Positions 31,968 to 43,093 of a stretch of 64,000 bases of DNA are shown in pieces. Every line of letters begins with the position of its first letter. Position 1 is the stretch's first letter. The notes under the pieces were generated by a model that made no database searches, was not told the origin of the DNA, and worked only from the letters and a program-made list of their open reading frames with translations. This stretch comes from Candidatus Helarchaeota archaeon (lineage in GTDB: Archaea; Asgardarchaeota; Lokiarchaeia; Helarchaeales; RDOG01), in contig JAHPZH010000005.1 of assembly GCA_019058315.1 (NCBI GenBank), forward strand, positions 288,001 through 352,000, written 5' to 3'. Position numbers and translations under genes: made by a program.

Positions 31968-33023
31968 ATGATGAGAGATCTTCCAAGATTGAGGAATTAT
32001 AAAAGAAAAAGAATTTCTAGTCATGATCCAACTCATGGAAATCAAGATTTTTTAATTTTTAAAGGAAAATCAAAAAAAATTATAGCGGATATTCAAGGTG
32101 CAGGTTGTGTCAAACATATTTGGACTACGATGTCATCTGTTGATAGGTTATATTTACGAAATGTAATATTACGTATTTGGTGGGATGATGAAGAAAATCC
32201 AAGTGTTGAGGTTCCGATTGGTGATTTTTTTGGAATTGGTCACGGAATTTGTAAAGATTTTGTATCCTTACCCTTAACAATGTCGCCTCAAGATGGAAAA
32301 GGGTTTAATTGTTTTTTTCCGATGCCATTTGCAAAAAGAGCAAAATTTGAAATTGAAAATGATTCAAAAAGAAGTCTTTGGTTATATTTTTATATCGATT
32401 ATGAAGAATATGACTCATTAGAAGAGGATATGGGGCAGTTTCACGCAACATGGAACCGTGAAAATCCTTGTCAGGGTATTTCAGAAGAGGGATTAGATAA
32501 TATACAATTTTTATTATTAGGAAAAAATGAAGATTTTTCAAAAAATTATGTAATCCTTGAAGCTGAAGGAAAAGGACATTATGTCGGCTGTAATTATAAT
32601 GTCCATAATTTAAGAGAAACCACTGAACATAATTGGTTTGGAGAAGGTGATGATATGATTTTTATTGATGGTGATCCAAATCCTACAATTTATGGAACTG
32701 GAACAGAGGATTATTTCAATACTGCTTATTGTCCAGAAACAGAATATAATGCCCCTTTTCATGGTATTCCCCTTCCAGGTGGAAAGAATTGGTCGGGAAA
32801 AATTTCTTATTATCGATTTCACATTTTGGACCCAATTTATTTTGAAAAGTCAATAAAGGTTACGATCGAACATGGACATGCTAACAGAAGAACGGACGAT
32901 ATTTCTACTACTGCGTATTGGTATCAAAAAGAACCCCATAAAAAATTCAAACCCTTATTACCTGCAGAACAAAGAGCTCCTCGTAAAAAACCAAAGGCAA
33001 TAAAAAAAATAAAGAAAAAATAA
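31968..33023 (+). CDS. DUF2961 / glycoside hydrolase family 172 protein
   Basis: SSHD..GNQD, GCVKHIW, PSVEVPIGDFFG, WFGEGDDMIFIDG, GTGTEDYF, IEHGHAN. Confidence 0.9.
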   Translation: MMRDLPRLRNYKRKRISSHDPTHGNQDFLIFKGKSKKIIADIQGAGCVKHIWTTMSSVDRLYLRNVILRIWWDDEENPSVEVPIGDFFGIGHGICKDFVSLPLTMSPQDGKGFNCFFPMPFAKRAKFEIENDSKRSLWLYFYIDYEEYDSLEEDMGQFHATWNRENPCQGISEEGLDNIQFLLLGKNEDFSKNYVILEAEGKGHYVGCNYNVHNLRETTEHNWFGEGDDMIFIDGDPNPTIYGTGTEDYFNTAYCPETEYNAPFHGIPLPGGKNWSGKISYYRFHILDPIYFEKSIKVTIEHGHANRRTDDISTTAYWYQKEPHKKFKPLLPAEQRAPRKKPKAIKKIKKK

Positions 33024-33100
33024 TTACATTTTGAAATTATCAATAAAATTTTTTAAAATCTTTTTCTGGTTTATTTCCTTTAAGTTGCCAGTCGCCAAAT

Positions 33101-33955
33101 TCAATTAATTGTCTGTCCTTTTGCTGCTTGTACAGTATTTTCAAGGAGCATTGCAATAGTCATTGGACCAACTCCGCCGGTTGGTGGAGTAATATAAGAA
33201 GATTTTTCTTTTAAATTCTCAAAATCTACATCACCAACGATTTTACCTTCAACTCTTGAAAAACCTGCATCAATAATTATGACACCATCTTTAACCATAT
33301 CTTTTTTAATCAAATTCGGCACCCCTGCAGCTGTTATTATGACATCCGCCTTTTGTGTATGTTTTTTTAAATTATCTGTTTTGATATGGCATATAGTAAC
33401 TGTTGCATCTCGATTTAATAGCAGCATTGCTAAAGGTCTTCCAATAACAGTACTATGATTAATTATGGTAATATTTTTTCCCTCAAGTGATGGTAAGATT
33501 TGTTCTAACAAATATAATATACCTTTAGGGGTACATGGGATAAACCCAGACTCGTCCCTATTAGCTAATTTACCTGCATTTACGGGATTAAAACCATCAA
33601 CATCTTTTTCAGGTTTTATTTTTTCCATTATTCTAAGTTGCTCTAGATGGTCGGGAAGTGGTAATTGGACTAATATACCATGTATTTTATCATTTTCATT
33701 TAATTTCTTAATTGAAGAAAAAACTTCCGCTTCAGTTACATTGTTTGGAAAAACAATTTTTTCGGAATATATCCCAATTTCTTGACAAGCTTTTTCTTTA
33801 AGTCTGACATAGACTTTTGAACCAGGATCATCCCCAATTAAGATGGTTGCAAGACCGGGGATTATATTATGTGTTTTTTTTAAATTTTTTATTTCATTTG
33901 CTAATTCTTTTTTAATTTCATTTGCGGTTTTACTACCATCAATTATAATTCCCAT
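33101..33955 (-). CDS. folD: Methylenetetrahydrofolate dehydrogenase/cyclohydrolase
   Basis: HGILVQLPLP, KDVDGF, PCTPKG, GDVDF, GGVGPMTIAML. Confidence 0.96.
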   Translation of the reverse strand: MGIIIDGSKTANEIKKELANEIKNLKKTHNIIPGLATILIGDDPGSKVYVRLKEKACQEIGIYSEKIVFPNNVTEAEVFSSIKKLNENDKIHGILVQLPLPDHLEQLRIMEKIKPEKDVDGFNPVNAGKLANRDESGFIPCTPKGILYLLEQILPSLEGKNITIINHSTVIGRPLAMLLLNRDATVTICHIKTDNLKKHTQKADVIITAAGVPNLIKKDMVKDGVIIIDAGFSRVEGKIVGDVDFENLKEKSSYITPPTGGVGPMTIAMLLENTVQAAKGQTIN

Positions 33956-34024
33956 TTTTTCCCCCTTTTCAAAACTATTTGAATATTTTAAAGTGAATAA
34001 AATTAAAAAGAGTGTGTTAAATTT

Positions 34025-35329
34025 TTAATGGATATTTATGTACTGATAGGCTTGGGTTTTTGATTTAAAGCAATATTTGACTTCTTGAAAATCTTTTCGA
34101 AATTCCTTGACAAGTTGTTTTACTGATTTAATATCTTGTTGTTTGATGCAAATTCTTTCAATTAACTCTGCAATATAGTCCATCTCGCTTTCTTTCATCC
34201 CTAAACGAGTAACTTCTGATGTGCCTAATCTTATACCTGAAGGAGTCTTATAACTTCGTTTTTCTTTAATATCTTTAGGAATTAGGTTTCTATTTAAAAT
34301 AATTCCAGCCTGTTCTAGAACCTGTTCAACTTTATCGCCCCACCCAATTGTTTCTGAAAGCTTACTAATATCTGCTACTAGTGTATGAGATTCAGTAAAG
34401 CCCTTCTTTTCCGCCAATACTTCAAATCCGCGTTCATGTAATGCTTGTGCTAAAGCCTTTGCATTTTTTATAACTTGACCATGATATTCTTTTCCAAATT
34501 TTAACATTTCTGTTAATGTAATTGCCAATCCCGCTACATTATGAAGATGATGATTACTTAAAAGTGCTGGAAATGCAGCTAATCGCAATTTTTTGTTAAG
34601 TTCTTCATCCTCAATAGCTAAAACACTTCCATGTTGAGGTCCAGGAAAGGTCTTATGAGTACTGAGAGTAAAGACATCGGATCCTTCTTCCAATGGTTGT
34701 TGAAAATAACCAGATCCTATTAATCCTGCAACATGTGCTCCGTCATACATGGTATATGCACCAACTTCTTTAGCTGCCTCACTAATTTCCTTTACTGGGT
34801 GAGGAAATAGAAATACAGACGCTCCAAAAAGGACTAATTTTGGTTTATATTCTTTTAATTTCTTTATACTTCTATCTATATCCAAATTCATTTCTTCTTC
34901 ATTAAATTCAAAGAAATCAACTTTTAATCCATGAACATTTATAGCTGTACGATTGTGTGAAATGTGACCCCCTTGAGGTATTGGCATCGCCATCATTTTA
35001 TCACCGGGTTTAGTTAGACCGGTATAAACAATTAAGTTTGCAACAACTCCAGAGATAGCTCGAACATCTGCAAACCCTGCTCGCCAATATTTTTTTGCCA
35101 ATTCAATACATTTCAATTCAATTTTATCAATAAATTCGCAGCCAGCATATACTCGGCTACCTGCTACGCCTTCTGCGTATCGGTGAGCCAGATCAGTAAT
35201 TATCGCTTCCCGTACAGCGGGACTGCAAACATTTTCAGAAGCAATTAAAGGAATCGCATTAGCAAACATTTCATGGTGTTTTTTCATTAAATTCCTAATA
35301 TTCTTAAATTCATTTTCTTCCGAGGACAC
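34025..35329 (-). CDS. glyA: Serine hydroxymethyltransferase (archaeal type)
   Basis: LIASEN, HRYAEG, GGHISH, STHKTFPGPQ (PLP Lys), SGIRLGT. Confidence 0.96.
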   Translation of the reverse strand: MSSEENEFKNIRNLMKKHHEMFANAIPLIASENVCSPAVREAIITDLAHRYAEGVAGSRVYAGCEFIDKIELKCIELAKKYWRAGFADVRAISGVVANLIVYTGLTKPGDKMMAMPIPQGGHISHNRTAINVHGLKVDFFEFNEEEMNLDIDRSIKKLKEYKPKLVLFGASVFLFPHPVKEISEAAKEVGAYTMYDGAHVAGLIGSGYFQQPLEEGSDVFTLSTHKTFPGPQHGSVLAIEDEELNKKLRLAAFPALLSNHHLHNVAGLAITLTEMLKFGKEYHGQVIKNAKALAQALHERGFEVLAEKKGFTESHTLVADISKLSETIGWGDKVEQVLEQAGIILNRNLIPKDIKEKRSYKTPSGIRLGTSEVTRLGMKESEMDYIAELIERICIKQQDIKSVKQLVKEFRKDFQEVKYCFKSKTQAYQYINIH

Positions 35330-35490
35330 AGAAATTTCACCGTATGATAGTTTTTATTACATTAATTTTTGTATTCTTAATAAAAATTCCTAATGACAAT
35401 TTTTTTATGTAATAAAATTAATTCTCTATCTGCAAGTAAATTGTAATTTTAAATAAAATTTGAAAAGAAATATGAAAGGAGGTCAATAAT

Positions 35491-35736
35491 TTGGCAGATA
35501 CAATTGCATTCATCTTAATTGAAATCGCATCGGGTGAAGAATATAAATTTGTAAATGATGTTCGAGATTTAAAAGAAGTTACAGAGGCTTATATTGTCTA
35601 TGGAGCATGGGATATCATAGTAAGAGTTCAAACAGATAGTATGGGAGAATTAAATGCTGTTGTCCTTCAAATAAGAAAAATGCCGGGCGTGAAACGGTCT
35701 GCGACCTTAATAGCTCTAACTGGAGACAATATTTAA
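35491..35736 (+). CDS. Lrp/AsnC ligand-binding (RAM) domain protein
   Basis: AFILI..V.EAYIVYGAWDIIVRV..IRKMPGVKRSATLI. Confidence 0.88.
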   Translation: MADTIAFILIEIASGEEYKFVNDVRDLKEVTEAYIVYGAWDIIVRVQTDSMGELNAVVLQIRKMPGVKRSATLIALTGDNI

Positions 35737-35886
35737 AATTCTTTCTTTTTATTCATACTAAAAGATAAAAAAAACAAGTAATAAGGAAAATTATTTTCCA
35801 ATTTTAGATTTATTTAAAAGAGAACAATAATTTAAATAAATAATAATTATCCTTTTATATTAAAGTACAAAATTGGAGTTATTTCC

Positions 35887-36240
35887 ATGGGTAAATCGAA
35901 AAAAAAAGCAAAATCCAAAACGACTAAAAAAGTGAAATCACTTGAATCCCAAGCAAAAAAGAAAAAGTCTTGGGGAGCTAAAGAATCGAAAGGAAAAGAG
36001 AGACTTGAACGTGCTCTACTTATTCCTGAAGATGTACAGGAACAAATCTTAAATGATATACCAAAAATGAAATATATAACTTCAACTCAGCTCTCACTCA
36101 AATATGGTATCAAAATAAGTGTGATAAAGCCTTTTCTTAAAGAATTAGAAGAAAAAGATAGATTAAATCTGGTCCTTGCTAACAGTAGAATAAAAATTTA
36201 TGTTTCAGGAGCTAAGAAAGAGGCTGAGGCTGCAAGTTAA
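35887..36240 (+). CDS. rps25e: Ribosomal protein eS25
   Basis: Lys-rich N-terminus; IPKMKYITSTQLSLKYGIKISV..LKELE..IY. Confidence 0.88.
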   Translation: MGKSKKKAKSKTTKKVKSLESQAKKKKSWGAKESKGKERLERALLIPEDVQEQILNDIPKMKYITSTQLSLKYGIKISVIKPFLKELEEKDRLNLVLANSRIKIYVSGAKKEAEAAS

Positions 36241-36255
36241 GGACTTGTCTAAATA

Positions 36256-37509
36256 CTATTTTTTCGATCCATTAAATTTATGAATCGCATCAAACATTGC
36301 TACGATGTTTTCAGGGGGAACATCGGGTAAAATATTGTGAACGGTACTCCAGATAAATCCACCACCTGGTGAAAATATTTCTAACAATTCAGTCACATGT
36401 TTCTCTACTTCTTTCGGGCTTAAACGATTAATTACATTACGAGTATCTGCACCACCCCCCCAAAATGTAATATCCTCACCGTATTCTTCTTTCAATTCCT
36501 TGGGATCCATGTTCTTAACGTTAATTTGGACTGGATTGAGTATATCAACCCCAACTTCAATTAGATCAGGGATAAATTGTCTAATTGACCCGCAAGAATG
36601 GAAAAATATTTTCATAGAACTGTGTTTTTTGATGTAATCACATATTTCAGCATGTTTTGGTTTGAACATCTTTCGATATAATTTAGGATTAATCAAAGGT
36701 CCTTTATTTTCCCCGAGATCATCCCCAATACGAATTACATCTATAACATCTCCAACATATTTACAAACGAGTGATAGAGATGCGATGTGAAAATCCATAA
36801 GTTTATCGAGAAGTTTTTCAATTTTTGAAGGATTGCTGACCATATCCATTAAATTATTATCTATTCGTCTCAATGTGTGTAACATTTCAAATACACTACA
36901 TCCAAGTTCGATAGTTAAAGCTTTATTTGAAATTTTTTTTAATTCAATTGCATTTTCTCTTAATTTTCGCCAAAATCTTTTTTGTTGTAAATTATCAAAT
37001 GGAGCTGGAACGTGTATAGCCCCAAGATATTTGTTCATAATGGGCATTATGTCTGAAATCTCGTCAGGATAACCTTCTAGAAATGGAAAAGAGCATTGCT
37101 CAAAATAAAATGCACCCTCACTCATTTTAAGAACTACAGTCCCATCTGGAAGAACTACGTCATAGGAATTGTCTTCATTATGCCTAGGATGGAACCGTGC
37201 AGGAAATTGTACTTTATTACCCTTTAAATCAATATCGTACCAATCTTCATCTTTTTTATTATATACCCGACCAATACCCAATACATCAATTTGAAATCGA
37301 TCAATTATAATATCTTCAACTTGGGCTAGTTGTTGCACTATATCAATAATTCGGGTTTTTCCAGTTGTGATACCTAAATATTTTTTTAGATTATTATAAG
37401 CAATTGCATTTATACCTGTAACAAGTGTGCTTCCCAAATCTATCGGAATTTTGTCTGGTTCTTTATGGTTTATTGCTGCAAGTACTCGTTCTCTTGAGTT
37501 CATTCTCAC
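36256..37509 (-). CDS. Uroporphyrinogen decarboxylase-fold protein (MtaA/CmuA-like methyltransferase family)
   Basis: SRERVLAAINHKEPDKIP, GDDLG, FHSCG, LNPVQ, FWGG, GGGFI..HNI..VPPEN. Confidence 0.85.
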   Translation of the reverse strand: MRMNSRERVLAAINHKEPDKIPIDLGSTLVTGINAIAYNNLKKYLGITTGKTRIIDIVQQLAQVEDIIIDRFQIDVLGIGRVYNKKDEDWYDIDLKGNKVQFPARFHPRHNEDNSYDVVLPDGTVVLKMSEGAFYFEQCSFPFLEGYPDEISDIMPIMNKYLGAIHVPAPFDNLQQKRFWRKLRENAIELKKISNKALTIELGCSVFEMLHTLRRIDNNLMDMVSNPSKIEKLLDKLMDFHIASLSLVCKYVGDVIDVIRIGDDLGENKGPLINPKLYRKMFKPKHAEICDYIKKHSSMKIFFHSCGSIRQFIPDLIEVGVDILNPVQINVKNMDPKELKEEYGEDITFWGGGADTRNVINRLSPKEVEKHVTELLEIFSPGGGFIWSTVHNILPDVPPENIVAMFDAIHKFNGSKK

Positions 37510-37632
37510 AATTCTCCAATGGATTATAATAGTAGATTATAAATAGTTGAATCTATATTATAATAATCTAGAGTTAAATTAAAATCTAATTAAGATTTTT
37601 GGGGTTTTCTACCCAGACATTTACAAATATAA

Positions 37633-38931
37633 TTATGTTAATGATTTGAGGAATAATTTGAGTTTTCGTTTAACTTCCCTTCCTGTAACTGGTCTGGAAT
37701 CAACACAATCTACTTCAAAATTCAGGCATGGAATACCCAATTCTGCTTCAATAATTTCCTTCATCAAGGTGGCTATTGCGTGGGAGTGTTTACAGCCTAA
37801 ATGTCCGCCGTAAATTGCACAATCTGCCTTGTATTCTTTACCAATCCGAAGTAAATCATCAATGTAATATTCCGCAGGTCCTCTGGACTGTCTCCCCATC
37901 GGAACGTCTAAAATTTGTCTTGCTAACCCCTCAAAGATTGTATCATCATTACTCATATTTATAGGTTTACTAATTGTATAACCCAACATATCCATAACGG
38001 ATACAGCTCCGAATTTCCGCTCCATCCATTCAAATAGAAGAGGATCGAAGAATAAAGGAAGATACATCCACAGAACACGAATCTTTTCTTCTAAACCCCG
38101 GGATTGCAAAGCCCCGCGTTTTTCTTTAACTCGTTTCTTAGCCACATCTCGTTTGAATCTAGCATATTCAATAGGTCTGGGCAATCCCCCTGAAGTCAAT
38201 AACATGCTATAATTGTTTAGGGCTGCCCCAGATGGAAGAGGAGCTGGGATAGCCTTCATTAATTCCATTGCTTCCAAAATAAGTTCACGAGTTTTGTTAG
38301 AATTTTGTACTGTTTCAATAAAGTGATCATGATCCATTCTATGATTAATTCTCTCCTCTAACCATAGAACCAAATTTTTTAATTGTTGTGCAACATATGG
38401 AATGGTATTGGGATTATAGTGTTTATCTTCGGGATCGTGGGACCAATATGGAATATCAACAGTGAAGAATGGAGATTTTCCATAAATCTCTTTTAAAACT
38501 TGATATTGTGAATTCGTTGAATCGCAAGGTTGGCTCCCATAAATTACATAGTTTGGTACTGGAGCTTCCCCTACCATACTAGCTCCTATCCATACTTTTT
38601 GGGCATTGCATTGAGCACTATCGATCCCTCCTTCTTCTGCTATATCGATATATCTTAGGACCTCTTTGGACATAGCTATAGCAACTGAGCCGATCTCCTG
38701 GCACATCGGATAGCAGTCCATTGCATATATTATCTCTGGAGGGAAACAAAAATTCGTCATTACTGCTCTATGTTCTTTTTTAGCAACACGAAGGTTCTTA
38801 TAATAATTATAGTTAATATCTGCAAACTGCATGCCGGGGGATTGCTTTTTCGAACCTTTCACAAGGTTCATTGCCGTTTCGTAAGTATTTATAATTCTAT
38901 CCCATAAAAAGAATTGTGTTTCGTTCTCCAA
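37633..38931 (-). CDS. 2-hydroxyacyl-CoA dehydratase/benzoyl-CoA reductase family, alpha-type subunit
   Basis: Three cluster Cys (CNAQ, PCDS, GCKH); MCQE; tandem duplicate of 39058-40359. Confidence 0.85.
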   Translation of the reverse strand: MENETQFFLWDRIINTYETAMNLVKGSKKQSPGMQFADINYNYYKNLRVAKKEHRAVMTNFCFPPEIIYAMDCYPMCQEIGSVAIAMSKEVLRYIDIAEEGGIDSAQCNAQKVWIGASMVGEAPVPNYVIYGSQPCDSTNSQYQVLKEIYGKSPFFTVDIPYWSHDPEDKHYNPNTIPYVAQQLKNLVLWLEERINHRMDHDHFIETVQNSNKTRELILEAMELMKAIPAPLPSGAALNNYSMLLTSGGLPRPIEYARFKRDVAKKRVKEKRGALQSRGLEEKIRVLWMYLPLFFDPLLFEWMERKFGAVSVMDMLGYTISKPINMSNDDTIFEGLARQILDVPMGRQSRGPAEYYIDDLLRIGKEYKADCAIYGGHLGCKHSHAIATLMKEIIEAELGIPCLNFEVDCVDSRPVTGREVKRKLKLFLKSLT

Positions 38932-39057
38932 TTTGATTACCCAATAATTTGCCTCTATATTTCCTCCCTATAAATTAAAAAGGGATTATTAAGTAAATTG
39001 TATATACGAATATAAAAAAGTATGTTTTTAAGCTAATTAGAATATTTTTTTCTAATT

Positions 39058-40359
39058 TCATACTACAGATTTTAAAAACAGTTTCAATTTTCGTTTGACT
39101 TCGCGGGCTGTAACGGGTCTTGAATCGATACAGTCAACTTCAAAGGTTAGGCATGGAATACCTATTTCTTTTTCAATAACTTCCTTCATTAAAACTGCCA
39201 TTGCGTGGCTGTGTTTACAACCCATATGTCCCGAGTAGATCGCACAATCTGCCTTATATTCTTTACCAATTCGAAGTAAATCGTCAATATAAAACTCAGA
39301 CGGACCTCTAGATTGACGACCCATGGGGGTATCAAGAATTTGTTTAGCCAATCCCTCAAAAATTGTTTCATCGTTTTTCATATTTATAGGTTGGCTCATA
39401 GTGTAGCCCATCATATCCATTACACAGACGGCACCAAACTTTCGCTCCATCCACTCAAATAGAAGAGGATCGAAGAATATAGGAAGATACATCCACATAA
39501 CACGTATCTTTTCTTCTAAACCTCGGGTTTCCAAAGCTCCTGTCTTTTGCTTAACTCTTTCTTTTGCCAAATCTCGCATAAACTCAGCATAATCAATAGG
39601 TCCTGGCAACCCTCCTGAGGTTAATAGAACACTATAATTATTAAGTGCAGACATAGACGGCAGCGGGGCAGGAACAGCTTTCATTAATTCCATTCCTTCT
39701 AATATAAGTTCACGTGTTTTATTCGAATTTTCAACTGTTTTTATAAAGTGATCATGTTCCATCTGACGATCCGTTCTCTCTTCCATCCATGAGACAAGAT
39801 TTTTTAATTGTTTTGCGATATATGGGGTTGTTTCAGGATCATAATATTTATTACCGGGTTCATAAGACCAGTAGGGGACATCTATTGTGAAAACGGGAGC
39901 TTTGGTATAAATTTCCTTAAGAACTTGATATTGAGAATTTGTTGAATCACAAGGTTGACTTCCATAAATAATATAATCGGGATAAGGTGCTTCTCCTACC
40001 ATACTTGCTCCGATCCATACTTTTTGGGCATTACACTGAGCTTTATCAATACCTCTTTCTTCAGCTATATCAATATATCTTAATCCTGCATTTGCAATAG
40101 ATAGAGCGACACTCCCTATTTCCTGACACATAGGATAGCAGTCTATCGCATAAACTAATTCTGGAGGAAAGCAAAAATTTGTCATAATGACTGGTTTATG
40201 CTCTTTCTTAGCCTTACGAAGTTCTTTATAATAATTAAAGGACATATTTGCAAACTTTGAAGCGGGTCGTTCCTCATCCATACTGTCAATAAGCTGTAAT
40301 GCCATTTCATAAAGCTGTAATATTCGATCCCATAATATAAATTGTTTTTCATTCTCCAT
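39058..40359 (-). CDS. 2-hydroxyacyl-CoA dehydratase/benzoyl-CoA reductase family, alpha-type subunit
   Basis: CNAQ, PCDS, GCKH; E.DC.D.R C-terminus. Confidence 0.85.
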   Translation of the reverse strand: MENEKQFILWDRILQLYEMALQLIDSMDEERPASKFANMSFNYYKELRKAKKEHKPVIMTNFCFPPELVYAIDCYPMCQEIGSVALSIANAGLRYIDIAEERGIDKAQCNAQKVWIGASMVGEAPYPDYIIYGSQPCDSTNSQYQVLKEIYTKAPVFTIDVPYWSYEPGNKYYDPETTPYIAKQLKNLVSWMEERTDRQMEHDHFIKTVENSNKTRELILEGMELMKAVPAPLPSMSALNNYSVLLTSGGLPGPIDYAEFMRDLAKERVKQKTGALETRGLEEKIRVMWMYLPIFFDPLLFEWMERKFGAVCVMDMMGYTMSQPINMKNDETIFEGLAKQILDTPMGRQSRGPSEFYIDDLLRIGKEYKADCAIYSGHMGCKHSHAMAVLMKEVIEKEIGIPCLTFEVDCIDSRPVTAREVKRKLKLFLKSVV

Positions 40360-40432
40360 TTGAAAAACCTCTTAATTTAACCCTTTATAATTCCAACTCT
40401 TTGTAATTAATTAAATTAGAAATAAAAAAATT

Positions 40433-41767
40433 TTAAACTATATTAGTTAGGAACGTTTTAAGACGATTTTTTATCGTTTTTGAATCCACAACTCTTCCAT
40501 CCATTGTATCTAGCTCGAATGTAAGAAATGGGATATCAGTTTCTTTTTTAACTTCTTCTGCCATTAGAGATGCGACAGCCCAACTGTGCTTACAGCCAAC
40601 ATGACCACCCCAGATACAACAATCCCCCTTGAATTCTTTAATTAACCAGATAATATCATCAAGGTAAAATTCCATTGGACCCCGAGATTGACGAGCCATG
40701 GGCATTTCCAATACAACCTTTCCTAAATCATTGTAAATACGTTCTTCTGAACTTGTATCTACAGGTCTAGCCATTTGTAAGCCGAGCATATCCATAACTA
40801 CCGTTGCTCCGAACTTACGTTCCATCCAATCAAAAATATAAGGATCGAAGAAGATCGGAATGTATACCCAAATTATCCGGATTTTCTCTTCCTTTCCTCT
40901 TAAAGCCAAAGCACCTTGCTTCTTTTTTACCCTTTCCTTTGCGGTTTCCAAAGTCCATTTACAATAATTAAGTGGACTCTCAGTACCAGCAGCAGCTAAC
41001 AACACCATATAATTTGTAAAGGCTGTTAAACCTGGTAATGGTGCAGGAACTGCTTTCATTAATTCTGTTGCTTCAAGAATCCATTCTCTGGCTTGATTGG
41101 AGAGTTCTACTGTCTTTTTCAGATTTTCAAATTCCATTTTATGACCCGTTTGTTGTTCTAACCATTGAACCATGTTTTTGAGTTGCTTTCCGAAATACGG
41201 AATAACTTCGGGATCATAAAATTTGTTACCTTCTTCATAAGTCCAATAGGGCGTATCTAACGTGTATGTCGGTCTTTTATAAATATCTTGGATTACTTGA
41301 TATTGGATGTTAGTAGAATCACAAGGTTGTGAAGCGTAAACGATTAAATCTGGATCTGGGGCTTCATTAACCATGGCAGCACCCATCCAAGTTTTTTGAG
41401 CATTACATTGAGCTCTATCAATTCCCTTTTCTTCAGCTATGTCAATATATCTTAAATTTGAACCTGCCACTGCAATAGCAACTGAACCAGCTTCCTGACA
41501 AAGGGGGTATATATCCATTGCATAAAATAATTCTGGTGGGACACAAAAATTATACATGACTACTGGTCGACCTGTTTCCCTAGCTTTATAATAACCCATA
41601 CTATAATCATACATAACGTATAGGAATTCCGTATTTCCCATAAAACCTTGTTTAATCTTTGTCGCTTCATCCATAGTATCTGCCATATCTTTACCCATTT
41701 TCCAAAAGCCGGAAAATGTGTCCCATAATAAGTTTTTATTATCTTTTTCTACTGAATCCTCAGTCAT
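40433..41767 (-). CDS. 2-hydroxyacyl-CoA dehydratase/benzoyl-CoA reductase family, alpha-type subunit
   Basis: CNAQ, PCDS, GCKH; start overlaps the stop of the beta-type gene (ATGA). Confidence 0.85.
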   Translation of the reverse strand: MTEDSVEKDNKNLLWDTFSGFWKMGKDMADTMDEATKIKQGFMGNTEFLYVMYDYSMGYYKARETGRPVVMYNFCVPPELFYAMDIYPLCQEAGSVAIAVAGSNLRYIDIAEEKGIDRAQCNAQKTWMGAAMVNEAPDPDLIVYASQPCDSTNIQYQVIQDIYKRPTYTLDTPYWTYEEGNKFYDPEVIPYFGKQLKNMVQWLEQQTGHKMEFENLKKTVELSNQAREWILEATELMKAVPAPLPGLTAFTNYMVLLAAAGTESPLNYCKWTLETAKERVKKKQGALALRGKEEKIRIIWVYIPIFFDPYIFDWMERKFGATVVMDMLGLQMARPVDTSSEERIYNDLGKVVLEMPMARQSRGPMEFYLDDIIWLIKEFKGDCCIWGGHVGCKHSWAVASLMAEEVKKETDIPFLTFELDTMDGRVVDSKTIKNRLKTFLTNIV

Positions 41768-42897
41768 TCTAACACTTCCAAAAATGCTTGGACTCTTGTT
41801 TTCATCTGACCTATTCCGCTTGTAACATATTCTCGTTCAAGATCTAAAATGGGAACACCGAGTTCTTTGAATCTTTTTTGAGTCATATACCGTTCACCAG
41901 TCCAAAAGTCGCAGAATTTCATATTTTCGAAAACTACACCGTCAATATGAAAATTTTTAATCATATCAAGCATAAATTTTTCACGAACTTTGAAATCTCC
42001 ACCAGCATCTATCATTCTGGGGCATGGACTTTTCGTTAGATATTTAATAGCAAGATTTTCTATGGGATCTTGAGAAGTATCAGGCATATCCCAGAAATAT
42101 CGAGTGCCAAAGCATAGGGAATCGGTCACAACCAATCCCCCTAAATCTTCAATGATTTTTACATAATCAGGTTCATCTAAAATACTACCAATTAGCATGA
42201 GACGTGGTTTTCCCACGATGTTTTCTCTATTTGGAAGTTCCTTCAAAAATTGGCTAAGCATTTCATTAAAATCCTCTTTAGGAATCGCTGTCGCCGCTGT
42301 GGTTATATTTAGAGCTTCAGTACCGCTAATTCTTGGTGCTTCTGTCTTTCTAGTTTCATATAATTTGCTTAAGAGAGCTCGAGTCTCATTATATAATTTT
42401 GTTGAAGATTTGATTTTATCTTCAGTAATTTGAACTTTGAAATGTTTTTCTAAACTCTCTTTTAAAGTTTTAATTTCTTTTATGAACCATTTTATAGCTA
42501 AATCATCAGTATGATGTGGAATGCTTAGAAAATGCATGTATTGAGTGGATTTAACTTTATATTTCCAATTATCGTACATTCGCCTCATATGGTCACATGA
42601 ATTGAATGCCACTAAACCATCAGAAAAATTAAATCCATCTGTTAATGCTTTATCTAAAATATAACGTGCAGATGAACAATTTAATCTTGATAATAATCCA
42701 TCTGCATGTGTAGTATCAGTATGTCCACGAGCAGAAATGCGATAGGGAAGAATACCTCCAGCATGAATGATTTCATCCGGAATATAACAACAAAAATAAC
42801 CAATTACTTTTTTTCCATCTTTTTTCCATTTAGTTATCCATGGATTAGGTAAAGGACTGGCAGCAGATTCAAATTTTTTCATTAATTCCTCAGACAA
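41764..42897 (-). CDS. 2-hydroxyacyl-CoA dehydratase/benzoyl-CoA reductase family, beta-type subunit (HgdB/BcrC/BzdN-like)
   Basis: GKKVIGYFCCYIPDEII, NSCDHMRR, KFCDF, GQMKTRVQAFLE. Confidence 0.88.
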   Translation of the reverse strand: MSEELMKKFESAASPLPNPWITKWKKDGKKVIGYFCCYIPDEIIHAGGILPYRISARGHTDTTHADGLLSRLNCSSARYILDKALTDGFNFSDGLVAFNSCDHMRRMYDNWKYKVKSTQYMHFLSIPHHTDDLAIKWFIKEIKTLKESLEKHFKVQITEDKIKSSTKLYNETRALLSKLYETRKTEAPRISGTEALNITTAATAIPKEDFNEMLSQFLKELPNRENIVGKPRLMLIGSILDEPDYVKIIEDLGGLVVTDSLCFGTRYFWDMPDTSQDPIENLAIKYLTKSPCPRMIDAGGDFKVREKFMLDMIKNFHIDGVVFENMKFCDFWTGERYMTQKRFKELGVPILDLEREYVTSGIGQMKTRVQAFLEVLE

Positions 42898-43093
42898 ATA
42901 AATTCACCATATTCTAAAATTCACTCATATTTATAACACTATTATACTTAGAAATTGAAATTATAAAATCTTCTTTAATTATCACACTTGAACAATTTAT
43001 CTAACGGGCTTTAATTAGGAATTTGTCTCAAATTAAAAAACAATTCCAAGAATTAATGGATTTTTAAAAAGAGAATGAAAAAATAAAAAAGAG

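Noticed and set aside
33101-35329. glyA-folD pair as a novelty
   Set aside because: Ordinary folate-dependent C1 metabolism, already known in Asgard archaea
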